Positions 8,963-17,365 of a stretch of 33,396 bases of DNA are shown one piece after another. This stretch comes from Candidatus Krumholzibacteriales bacterium (GTDB lineage: Bacteria > Krumholzibacteriota > Krumholzibacteriia > Krumholzibacteriales > WJIX01), in assembly GCA_046483305.1 (NCBI GenBank), contig JAWODM010000040.1, forward strand, positions 1-33,396, written 5' to 3'. A program made the position numbers and the translations under genes. Position 1 is the first letter of the stretch. Each line of letters starts with the position of its first letter. The notes beneath the pieces were generated by a model, which saw nothing but the letters and a program-made list of their open reading frames with translations, was not told the origin of the DNA and searched no databases.

Positions 8963-9733
8963 ATGTCTGGTATTTTCACAATAGCGCTCAATACATTCAG
9001 AGAATCAATCAGGGGAAAACTGCTTTACGTGGTGCTGGTATTCGGCGGAATCCTGATCGTCAGCACCTATCTGTTGTCACCGCTCTCTGTGGGCTCGGCC
9101 CGGGAAAAGATCATAACTGACGTGGGCCTGGCTTTCATATCTTTCATAGGTGTAATGACAGTAGTGGTGGTGGGCAGCACTCTGGTCCATAAGGAGATAG
9201 ACAAGAAGGCCGTATATATGGTGCTGATAAGGCCGGTATCCAGGCTGGAATATATAGTTGGCAAGTTCTTTGGAATAATGACAGCAGTGGTGATAATTGC
9301 TGTGGTGATGGGGCTGCTTACCGCTTTTTCCGTTCTGCTGGGGGGAGGAAAGGTTACCGGGCAGCTGGTTGCGGCAGTTTATTTCTCGCTGCTTGAGATG
9401 GGGGTGATGTGCTCGATAGTTCTGTTTTTCAGTACATTTACCACCCCTATACTGACCTTCTTCTTCGCCGCCTGCGTTTTCGCGGCGGGGAGCCTGAGTG
9501 GGGACCTGAGGGTTTTTGCCGGGAAGATGGGTTCGTCCGGGGCCAGGATTCTGATGGATGGTGTTTATTACATCCTTCCCAATCTCAGCATTTTCAATTA
9601 CAGGCACGAAGCGGTCCATAACCTGCCGCTTCCCTTATCCGAAGTGATTCTTTCTTCAATTTATTCTTTTATGTATACCGGAGCGCTTCTGTTTCTGGCT
9701 TACCTGGTTTTCAGAAGAAGGGAGTTCACTTAG
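8963..9733 (+). CDS. ABC-2 type permease (PilI-like)
   Basis: IALNTFRESIR N-terminus, KEIDKK...LIRPVSRLEYIVGKFFG loop, about 6 TM helices, C-terminal FRRREF. Confidence 0.88.
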   Translation: MSGIFTIALNTFRESIRGKLLYVVLVFGGILIVSTYLLSPLSVGSAREKIITDVGLAFISFIGVMTVVVVGSTLVHKEIDKKAVYMVLIRPVSRLEYIVGKFFGIMTAVVIIAVVMGLLTAFSVLLGGGKVTGQLVAAVYFSLLEMGVMCSIVLFFSTFTTPILTFFFAACVFAAGSLSGDLRVFAGKMGSSGARILMDGVYYILPNLSIFNYRHEAVHNLPLPLSEVILSSIYSFMYTGALLFLAYLVFRRREFT

Positions 9734-9739
9734 AAAGGC

Positions 9740-10414
9740 ATGAATAAGAAAGTTCTGAATATAATATTTATATTAATAGCGGTAGCGGGCGTGGTTGCCG
9801 CGGCAAAGAGCGTGGAGGGAATCGGAGAGAGGAAGAGAGACATGGAGCTGCAGTACCTGCCTACCAGCCAGTCTATGAAACTGATATCTCTCGGTTACCG
9901 CAACCTGGTTTCCGATATACTCTGGTTTAAGACCGTGCAGTACTACGGGGGGTACAGAATGGGCAGGAACAGCCTCAGGCTTTTCCGCCACCTGATCAAC
10001 GTGATAACCGACCTGGACCCCCAGTTCACTTTCGCCTATCAGCTTGGCGCAGTTATCATGGCCGAGGATATGGGCGAGTTCGAGGAGGGAAGGAAGATTC
10101 TCCGCAAAGGGATCGAAAACAATCCGGATAACTGGCGTCTGACATTTGAACTCGGATTCCTCTATTATATAACCGGAAGGGATTACAAAATGGCTCAGCA
10201 GTACTTTACCCTGGCTTCCCGGATGCCCGGAGCCAATGAACGAGCCCTCAGGTTTGCGGCGAGCGCGGCGGCGAAAGGGGACGATGTCTCGCTGAGTATT
10301 AAAATGTGGAAGTATCTGGCGGAAAATACTGAAGAAGAGTTCATGAAGGAGCTGGCCGCAAAGTATATACGGAAACTTGAGAAAAAGCTTGAGACTGAAG
10401 GCGGGGTGCAGTAA
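9740..10414 (+). CDS. Membrane-anchored TPR-like protein (Myxococcus PilG / Geobacter XapA-like)
   Basis: N-terminal TM, then GYRNLVSDILWFKTVQYYG, ITDLDPQF and LRKGIENNPDNWRLTFELGFLYY. TAATG coupling to pilD. Confidence 0.7.
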   Translation: MNKKVLNIIFILIAVAGVVAAAKSVEGIGERKRDMELQYLPTSQSMKLISLGYRNLVSDILWFKTVQYYGGYRMGRNSLRLFRHLINVITDLDPQFTFAYQLGAVIMAEDMGEFEEGRKILRKGIENNPDNWRLTFELGFLYYITGRDYKMAQQYFTLASRMPGANERALRFAASAAAKGDDVSLSIKMWKYLAENTEEEFMKELAAKYIRKLEKKLETEGGVQ

Positions 10415-11178
10415 TGAGCCCGTTTATTTATGCCGCAGCGGCCGCCCTGGGCCTGGTCTTCGGCAGTTTTCTCAATGTGGTTATAAGCAGGGTTCCCAGG
10501 GGGCTTTCCGTAGTAAAACCGCCTTCCTCCTGTCCGGAATGCGGCAACAGGATCAAGTGGTACATGAACGTACCGCTGCTCAGTTACGTTTTTCTGCGGG
10601 GGCGCTGCGGCGCCTGCGGCGGAACGATATCGCCGGTATACCCCGCGGTGGAGATAACCGGGGCGTTACTTGCCGTCATGTCGGTATACTTCTTCGGCCT
10701 CACCCTGGAGACAGTTTTCATATATCCGTTCGTGATGTCTCTGGCTGCGGTTACCATTATAGACTGGAAGCACAGAATAATCCCGGACAGTATAAGCCTG
10801 CCATTTATCATGCTTGGAGTGCTTTACGCACTGTTCGGAGAAGAGTTGGGTGTGGTGGATTCGGTTCTGGGAGCGGTAGCGGGAGGCGGAATTCTGTATA
10901 TGATCGGGTTTATCTACAGCAAGATCAAAAATATCGAAGGGATAGGGGGCGGCGATATCAAACTGATGGCTATGGTCGGGGCTTTTCTGGGAGTCAAGCT
11001 GGTCTTTCTGGTCATCCTCATTGCATCATTCGCCGGCACCGTTTACAGTCTTTTCCTTATCAGGAAAGGGGCTGACGGGTTGACCGCGGTTCCTTTTGGT
11101 TCCTTCCTGGCGCCTGCGGCGGCGCTGTGTCTTTTCGCCGGGAACCAGATGCTTTGCTGGTATATTTCTTTCTGCTGA
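10414..11178 (+). CDS. pilD: Prepilin peptidase/N-methyltransferase (A24)
   Basis: GSFLNVVI, CPEC...CGAC zinc pairs, IID and GGGDIKL catalytic Asp motifs, PFGSFL. Confidence 0.95.
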   Translation: MSPFIYAAAAALGLVFGSFLNVVISRVPRGLSVVKPPSSCPECGNRIKWYMNVPLLSYVFLRGRCGACGGTISPVYPAVEITGALLAVMSVYFFGLTLETVFIYPFVMSLAAVTIIDWKHRIIPDSISLPFIMLGVLYALFGEELGVVDSVLGAVAGGGILYMIGFIYSKIKNIEGIGGGDIKLMAMVGAFLGVKLVFLVILIASFAGTVYSLFLIRKGADGLTAVPFGSFLAPAAALCLFAGNQMLCWYISFC

Positions 11179-11298
11179 TAATAAGGCATTTTGCATAATA
11201 ATCTTGCATATAATGGCGTAAGTTTGTACGGCCCGTTTGAGCTGAAAATCTATTTCGTTTAATTACTTCAGGATAGCCGGGTATTATCATAAATATTT

Positions 11299-11313
11299 TG
11301 GCACATATGTTGC
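11299..11313 (+). promoter_or_regulatory. Sigma-54 (RpoN) -24/-12 promoter upstream of pilMNOPQ
   Basis: TGGCAC-ATATG-TTGC is a perfect TGGCAC-N5-TTGC consensus 100 bp upstream of pilM, in an AT-rich intergenic region. Confidence 0.8.
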
Positions 11314-11412
11314 GTTCATAAATCTGCGAATATTAATGCAGTTAAATCTGCGAGGGGAAAAATTACTAATCTGTCCGAATGCGAACAGAAAATTTAGCAG
11401 GCTGGTGCATGA

Positions 11413-12486
11413 ATGATTTCTCTACCATTCAAGAAGAAGAGTTCGACGATAAGTATTGACATAGGTTCGAGTCTGATCAAAGCGCTTGAGATCGATCATT
11501 CCGAAGAGATCCCGAAGATAACACATTTCGGTATCAACCGGCTTCTTCCCGAAGCAATCGTTGAGGATGAGATCATGGACCGGAACCTGGTGGTTGAGAC
11601 CATAACCGAATGTATGGAGCAGGCCGGGATAGACGGGAAAGAGGTAGTGACCGCTGTTTCCGGAAGAGGCGTGATCGTAAAGAAGATCGTAATGGACAAG
11701 ATGTCCATGGAGGACGCCAGGGAAGCAATATACTGGGAAGCGGAACAGCATGTTCCCTTTGATATTGACGATGTATGCCTTGATTTCCAGATACTGAATG
11801 AGGATATAGGAGCGAACCAGATGGAGGTGCTCCTGGTTGCCGCCAAGAAGGATATGGTAAACGACTATTCCGATATAATTCGCGACGCAGGACTGGAGCC
11901 AAAGGTAATAGACGTCGACTCCTTTGCGGTTCAGAACTGTTACGAAGTGAATATGGGAATGGTGGAGGAACCGGAAGGGACCGTAATCGGGCTGGTTAAC
12001 ATCGGAAGTGATGTAACCAACATTAATATAATACAGAATATGAGCCCTTACTTCACCAGGGATATCAATGTCGGAACCAATACCTTTATAGAGGCGCTGC
12101 AGAAAGAGCTGGGAGTAACTTACGAAGAAGCTCAGACGATCATAAAGGGAAACCTCGAAGATATGAATGAAGAAAAGATAAAGAGCATTTTCAGTTCACA
12201 GGCGGCCGACCTTTCGCTGGGGATCGAGAGAAGCATCTCTTACCTGAAAGCGGCCGGGGATTCGGATAAGATCGACAGGGTGGTTCTGAGCGGCGGCGGA
12301 GCCAGAATCCCTTTCCTTAAGGATATTCTGTCCGAGAAACACAATATCGAATTTTCCGTGCTGAACCCCCTCCTGGGTGTGGATTATGAAGAGGGCGTTT
12401 TTGCGGAATATGAGGATAACATCGAGGAAATAGCACCACTGCTGACAGTGAGCGTTGGGTTAGCTTTGAGAAAGGCGAGAAAATAA
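11413..12486 (+). CDS. pilM: Type IV pilus assembly protein PilM
   Basis: IDIGSSLIK, EAEQHVPFD, VLLVAAKK, DVDSFA, VNIG, VVLSGGGA and a terminal VGLALR (actin-like PilM). Confidence 0.95.
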   Translation: MISLPFKKKSSTISIDIGSSLIKALEIDHSEEIPKITHFGINRLLPEAIVEDEIMDRNLVVETITECMEQAGIDGKEVVTAVSGRGVIVKKIVMDKMSMEDAREAIYWEAEQHVPFDIDDVCLDFQILNEDIGANQMEVLLVAAKKDMVNDYSDIIRDAGLEPKVIDVDSFAVQNCYEVNMGMVEEPEGTVIGLVNIGSDVTNINIIQNMSPYFTRDINVGTNTFIEALQKELGVTYEEAQTIIKGNLEDMNEEKIKSIFSSQAADLSLGIERSISYLKAAGDSDKIDRVVLSGGGARIPFLKDILSEKHNIEFSVLNPLLGVDYEEGVFAEYEDNIEEIAPLLTVSVGLALRKARK

Positions 12487-13040
12487 TGATTACAATAAAC
12501 CTGCTTCCTCCGGAAGATCGGAAGAAAAAACGAGAGCTGAATCTGCCAGAACTGTCAACTGTCTATTTTGCCGGCGCGGCAGTCCTGTTCTTCGGAATTA
12601 TTCTGACCACCGGTTTTATTCAGCACCACCGTGTTTCAGACCTGGAAGGCAAAATCATCGAGGCCAAGAAAGAATCAAAGAAGCTTGCCCCCCAGCTTAC
12701 CAGGATAAAGAAGATATCCAGGGAACGCGAAGAGGTAGACAGGAGGCTTCATCTGATAACCTCCCTTGATAAGTACCGTTACTACAGGGTCAGGCTTCTC
12801 AATGATATCGGAACAAACATGCCGGGAAACTGCTGGCTTACCGGACTCACCGAACAGTCTCAGAACAGTTTTGTTATCAGCGGAGTCGCTTTCTCGAATT
12901 ATAAGGTGGCAGATATCATAACCAATCTGGAAAAATCCCCCATATTTACCAAGGTCGGCTTAACCGTAGCCGAGAGGGGTGTAATAAAAGAACGTGAAGT
13001 AATGAAATTTACACTGAACACGCAGGCTATGCCTCAGTAG
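12486..13040 (+). CDS. pilN: Type IV pilus assembly protein PilN
   Basis: MITINLLP PilM-binding motif, TM, coiled coil, PxxCWLT. TAATG overlap with pilM. Confidence 0.93.
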   Translation: MITINLLPPEDRKKKRELNLPELSTVYFAGAAVLFFGIILTTGFIQHHRVSDLEGKIIEAKKESKKLAPQLTRIKKISREREEVDRRLHLITSLDKYRYYRVRLLNDIGTNMPGNCWLTGLTEQSQNSFVISGVAFSNYKVADIITNLEKSPIFTKVGLTVAERGVIKEREVMKFTLNTQAMPQ

Positions 13041-13057
13041 AAAAGAGAGGGCAGATA

Positions 13058-13678
13058 ATGGATTTCAAAGATCCAAAAGTACAAAAAGGTATTATGGGCC
13101 TGATTCTGATGGCGATGATTGCATACTTGTATTTCTTCACCTCATTTCTTCCATTCCTATACAAACCGATGAAGGTGAAGAACGACTCGCTGAACCAGGA
13201 ATACGACAAGATAAGCGCCGAGCTGGAGAAGGCGAGGAAGACGGTGGGGAACCTGGAACAGCTGGAAAAGGAGTACGACCGGCTGCACAAGAAATGGGTC
13301 TCCGCTCTTAATCTTCTGCCTGAAGAGGAAGAAATAGCCAGGCTTCTCAGAAGAATAACCAGATCGGGAAATCAGAGCGGACTGAGGTTTGAGCTGTTCG
13401 AGCCCGGTGTAATAGTGAATAAGGAATTTTTCGCCGAGAATCCAATAAAGGTTAAAGTAAGGGGCAAGTATCATCAGCTGGGAATTTTCCTCTCCAAGGT
13501 CTCGAATCTCGACAGGATAGTGAATGTTTCCAATCTGGAGATCAGCCCCATAGATGAGAATCTGTCTGATAAGGTCGGAAGATCGGACACCATTGAAGCC
13601 ACAATGACCCTGACAGCCTATACGTTATTAGAAGGTGGTGAGGTGAATGCTGAAACTAATGCAAATAAGAAGTCATAG
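13058..13678 (+). CDS. pilO: Type IV pilus assembly protein PilO
   Basis: N-terminal TM, coiled coil, LLPEEEEIARLL, GKYHQLGIFLSKVSNLDRIV. Confidence 0.93.
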   Translation: MDFKDPKVQKGIMGLILMAMIAYLYFFTSFLPFLYKPMKVKNDSLNQEYDKISAELEKARKTVGNLEQLEKEYDRLHKKWVSALNLLPEEEEIARLLRRITRSGNQSGLRFELFEPGVIVNKEFFAENPIKVKVRGKYHQLGIFLSKVSNLDRIVNVSNLEISPIDENLSDKVGRSDTIEATMTLTAYTLLEGGEVNAETNANKKS

Positions 13679-14099
13679 AATTATAATCTGTGCGGTTCTG
13701 GCATCCCTGATATTAATCCCCGCCATGGCCCCGGCTGTGGAAGAGGACGACAGCACTGATACCATTATCAGGACTAAGAATTACTATTACAGGGCTTTTA
13801 ACCGCAAGGATCCCTTCAGGGGCCTTATCAGAGGAGAGCTCAAGGAAGTATCGGGCGACCTGGTGGATATAAATAATGTGAAGCTGGTAGGGGTTCTTTC
13901 CGGCGATATGCAGAAATACGCGATGCTGGAGGATAAGAACGGAATCGGATATATATTGAAAGCGGGCGATCCGGTCAGAAACGGAAGCATTGTTTCTGTT
14001 TCCAAACAATCTCTGATAGCTCGAATTAGTATGTATGGGCAGACAAACAGAATAACCCTCAGGCTTGAGGGAATAAGTGAAAAAGGAGACAAGAGATGA
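13647..14099 (+). CDS. pilP: PilP-like pilus assembly protein
   Basis: Lies between pilO and pilQ. RKDPF motif and KLVGVL...AMLED..G.GYILKAGD beta-domain. Start could be 13647 or 13659. Confidence 0.75.
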   Translation: MLKLMQIRSHRIIICAVLASLILIPAMAPAVEEDDSTDTIIRTKNYYYRAFNRKDPFRGLIRGELKEVSGDLVDINNVKLVGVLSGDMQKYAMLEDKNGIGYILKAGDPVRNGSIVSVSKQSLIARISMYGQTNRITLRLEGISEKGDKR

Positions 14100-16075
14100 G
14101 AAAAACTTTCGGAATATCGCTGGTACTGATCGCTTCTTTCATTATCCCCGGCGGGCTTCTGTATGCGGCCGCTCCCAGGGCTGAAATCAACGGCCTGGCT
14201 ATGGAGCAGATACAGAATGAGCTGAAGATAGAGATCAGCAAGAGTGGTAATGTTGAGTTTGAGATATTTACCATGAAGAATCCCGCCAGACTGGTAGTGG
14301 ACTGCAAGGGAGCCATCTATGACCTGTCCAGGACCATATTCCAGGCACAGTCGCCGCTTGCATACCGGATCCGGACCAGTCAATTCAAACCTGAACCCGA
14401 TCCTGTCTGCAGGCTGGTTATCGATCTCAAGAAGAATGTCGATCACCGTCAGTTCGAAAAGGACGGCAAGCATGTGCTGATTCTCGCGGGCAGATCAAAT
14501 ATAAGCGAAAAAGCTCAGGCTGCTTCTGAATCGAAGTGGGAGAAGGTTGTCGAGCGTGGAGAGAAAAAGCTGGAGCACGAGAATATCGATGTAGCGGGAG
14601 CCTCCATGGGCTCAAGCATGCCGGTTATAAAGGTGGATCGGGACGAAGGCGCCGATACCGGACAGGAAGAGAAGAGTCCGGCAGAGAAGGCGGAAGAAAG
14701 CTCCGCCGATACCAGAGAGGATGAAGAATCACCATGGATCGACGGCGACGACGCCGGGAGTTCCACGGAGAATCCTGCGGCGCCTGACCAGGCCGCTCCC
14801 GGCCCCAGGAGCATGGATGTTCAGAAGACTGATGAAAAAATAACCAGCGAGAATCTTCCATGGTCCAGCAGTTATGCCCGCGGCGCGCCGTCAGCGGGAG
14901 CGGGAATGCCGGCCAGCTCGCGGCGGATTACCATAGATTCTCAGGGCGCGGATATAAAGACGGTGCTGAGAACTATTTCTGAATTCGCCAACGTGAACAT
15001 AGTGACAGGGGCTGATGTGAAGGGTGACGTATTCGTTCATGTAAAGGAATGCCCCTGGAGAGAAGCGCTGGAGGTAATCCTGATGGCACACGGTTACGGT
15101 TACCGTGAGGAGTACGGGATGATCAGGGTCGCCGAGAACAAGACCCTTCGGAAGGAAGAGCTGGAGGAGAGGACCGTCGAGCAGAAGAAGAAGGACCTTC
15201 TCCCGCTGGAGACCAGGCTTATTTTCGTGCACAACTCCAACGCCGAGGAAATAGGCGACGCTCTTCAGAAAGTGGTCAGCAAGCGAGGCAATATCGAGGT
15301 GGATATGGGGAGCAACGCTTTGATAGTCAATGACACTGAAGAGAATATAGAGAAAATTGGAGCTATTGTAAAAGAACTGGATACCAAGCATCTTCAGGTT
15401 GACATTAACGCCAAGCTGGTAGAGGTGGACGTGGAAGCGAAACGGGAGCTGGGTATCAAGTGGGATATGTTCAACCTGCACAAATCAGATATAAACGCGG
15501 TGGGAGCGATGGGGGTGGACCAGCAGCTGCCCGTTTCCAGCGGCAATCTGTCGGTGGGCACGGTCCAGTCATGGGGCGAGCTTTCAGCGGTTCTGCAGGC
15601 TCTGGAGCAGGATAACAAGGCGAACATAATTTCCAATCCCAGGATTACTACCGTGGATAACCGGGAAGCAACCATACTGGTCGGTAAGGAGATCCCCCTG
15701 ATCGTGGCCGATGAGGCGGGAAACCCGATAACCGAGCTTACCAAGATAGGTATCATGCTGAAGGTTACTCCTCATATTAACACTGATCGGACTATCACTC
15801 TGGACCTTCATCCGGAAGTCAGTGAGCTGCAATCAGAGTCAACCCAGCAGGGCGGAGTTATTATCGCCACCGCCGAGGCTGATACCAGGGTGGATGTCGC
15901 AAACGGCCAGACCGCTGTTATTGGCGGCCTGATAAAGAAACTTGAAACAGACGTCAGAACCGGTGTTCCATTTCTCAAGAATATTCCGATGCTGGGAGGC
16001 CTGTTCTCATCGAGTTCCAAGGTCAAGAAGAAGCAGGAGCTCGTGATATTCGTAACTCCGACGATAGTGGAATAA
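14096..16075 (+). CDS. pilQ: Type IV pilus secretin PilQ (signal peptide, AMIN domain, acidic linker, N domains, secretin)
   Basis: NPARLVVD and RLVIDL AMIN motifs, PWREALEVIL, ISNPRITTVDN, GIMLKVTPHI, GVPFLKNIPMLGGLF, ELVIFVTPTIV. ATGA overlap with pilP. Confidence 0.95.
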   Translation: MRKTFGISLVLIASFIIPGGLLYAAAPRAEINGLAMEQIQNELKIEISKSGNVEFEIFTMKNPARLVVDCKGAIYDLSRTIFQAQSPLAYRIRTSQFKPEPDPVCRLVIDLKKNVDHRQFEKDGKHVLILAGRSNISEKAQAASESKWEKVVERGEKKLEHENIDVAGASMGSSMPVIKVDRDEGADTGQEEKSPAEKAEESSADTREDEESPWIDGDDAGSSTENPAAPDQAAPGPRSMDVQKTDEKITSENLPWSSSYARGAPSAGAGMPASSRRITIDSQGADIKTVLRTISEFANVNIVTGADVKGDVFVHVKECPWREALEVILMAHGYGYREEYGMIRVAENKTLRKEELEERTVEQKKKDLLPLETRLIFVHNSNAEEIGDALQKVVSKRGNIEVDMGSNALIVNDTEENIEKIGAIVKELDTKHLQVDINAKLVEVDVEAKRELGIKWDMFNLHKSDINAVGAMGVDQQLPVSSGNLSVGTVQSWGELSAVLQALEQDNKANIISNPRITTVDNREATILVGKEIPLIVADEAGNPITELTKIGIMLKVTPHINTDRTITLDLHPEVSELQSESTQQGGVIIATAEADTRVDVANGQTAVIGGLIKKLETDVRTGVPFLKNIPMLGGLFSSSSKVKKKQELVIFVTPTIVE

Positions 16076-16102
16076 TACATTGCCCCCTCCACTCACCGTC
16101 GT

Positions 16103-16142
16103 GCCCCCGGGGCCTGTTCACAGGACCCGGGGGTTTCTTTTT
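16103..16142 (+). terminator. Rho-independent terminator of the pil operon
   Basis: CCCCCGGG-G-CCTG-[TTCA]-CAGG-A-CCCGGGGG stem followed by TTTCTTTTT. Confidence 0.85.
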
Positions 16143-16192
16143 ACCCCTTTACAATAAATATTTGAATCCTCCGGCGCGGCAGGTGATTTCCC

Positions 16193-16221
16193 TTGCCCGC
16201 GCCAGTAATCTTGTTTATCCT
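16193..16221 (+). promoter_or_regulatory. Putative sigma-70 promoter for the rsmD-coaD operon
   Basis: TTGCCC-N17-TATCCT downstream of the pil terminator. Confidence 0.35.
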
Positions 16222-16265
16222 GAAGTACCTGTTGACTGTAGGAAAATTAATTGCGGAAAGGCGTT

Positions 16266-16811
16266 ATGAGAGTTATCGGGGGCAGATTTCACGGTTTCAG
16301 GCTTAAGGGGATCAGAGGAGATGATTTCCGCCCCACCACCCAGATGGTCAAGGGAGCCATCCTGGACAGCCTGTACGGAGATGTTCAGGACGAAGTATTC
16401 CTTGACCTGTTCGCCGGTTCGGGCGGGATGGGGATAGAGGCTCTCAGCAGGGGCGCCGCCAAAGCGGTCTTCGTGGAGAAAAACAGGAGGGCCGCCGCTG
16501 TCATCAGGGAGAACGCGGTCAAGTGCAATATCGATCCCGAGTCCTATGCAATAGTTAAAAAAGACGTCCTTGATTACCTGAAGGAAGAGGCCGCCGGGGG
16601 TTCTGAGTTCAATGTAATATTTGCGGATCCACCTTACTCGGGGGATATGGCTGAACGGGTGATGGAGTTTGTTTGCGGGCTTGATTACAGGATCTGCCGG
16701 ATCCTGATCATAGAGGCGGGAAAGGAGCTTGAACCGGCTCCCCAATATGCGGATAAGCTGAAAAGAGTGAAGAATTACGGACAGACCCATGTCAGTTATT
16801 TCAGATTCTGA
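16266..16811 (+). CDS. rsmD: 16S rRNA m2G966 methyltransferase RsmD
   Basis: MRVIGG, RPT, LDLFAGSGGMGIEALSRGA, FADPPY, YGQT. Adjacent to coaD as is usual. Confidence 0.93.
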   Translation: MRVIGGRFHGFRLKGIRGDDFRPTTQMVKGAILDSLYGDVQDEVFLDLFAGSGGMGIEALSRGAAKAVFVEKNRRAAAVIRENAVKCNIDPESYAIVKKDVLDYLKEEAAGGSEFNVIFADPPYSGDMAERVMEFVCGLDYRICRILIIEAGKELEPAPQYADKLKRVKNYGQTHVSYFRF

Positions 16812-16853
16812 TAGAGAGACCGTTTGAGTGATAACATTCACGGAAGGATGAGT

Positions 16854-17342
16854 ATGGAACAGAAAACAGCTCTTTATCCCGGGACCTTCGATCCCATTAC
16901 CAACGGCCATCTGGATATTGTGAAGAGAGTATCCAGGATATTCGACCGGGTCATTGTGGCGGTCGCCGAGAGCGCTCACAAGAATCCGCTGCTCAGCCTG
17001 GAGCAGAGGCACGAGATAGCTGAAAAGAGCCTCAGGGAGATAGAAGGAGTGGAATGTATTACCTTTACCGGGCTTCTGGTGGAAGAGTTCAAGAAGAATA
17101 AGGTGGATGTGGTGATAAGAGGGCTTCGCGCTATCAGCGATTTTGAATATGAACTGATGATTACACTGATGAACAGGAAGCTGGAACCCGATTTCGAAAC
17201 TGTTTTTCTGATGCCCAGTGAAGAGTACATCTATCTGCACAGTTCACTGGTGAAGGAGATTTATAGAATGGGCGGCAGGATTGACTGCCATGTTCCGAAG
17301 CCGGTGAAAGAAGGACTGAATAAATGGTTTCCCAGGAGTTGA
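16854..17342 (+). CDS. coaD: Phosphopantetheine adenylyltransferase
   Basis: ALYPGTFDPITNGHLDIV, RGLRAISDFEYE, SSLVKEI. Start chosen 6 nt after GGAAGG. Confidence 0.97.
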   Translation: MEQKTALYPGTFDPITNGHLDIVKRVSRIFDRVIVAVAESAHKNPLLSLEQRHEIAEKSLREIEGVECITFTGLLVEEFKKNKVDVVIRGLRAISDFEYELMITLMNRKLEPDFETVFLMPSEEYIYLHSSLVKEIYRMGGRIDCHVPKPVKEGLNKWFPRS

Positions 17343-17365
17343 TCTTTCCTTTAAAGGAGGAATAA

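Noticed and set aside
16215..17240. 341-aa minus-strand ORF
   Set aside because: Antisense to rsmD and coaD, which are both clearly real.
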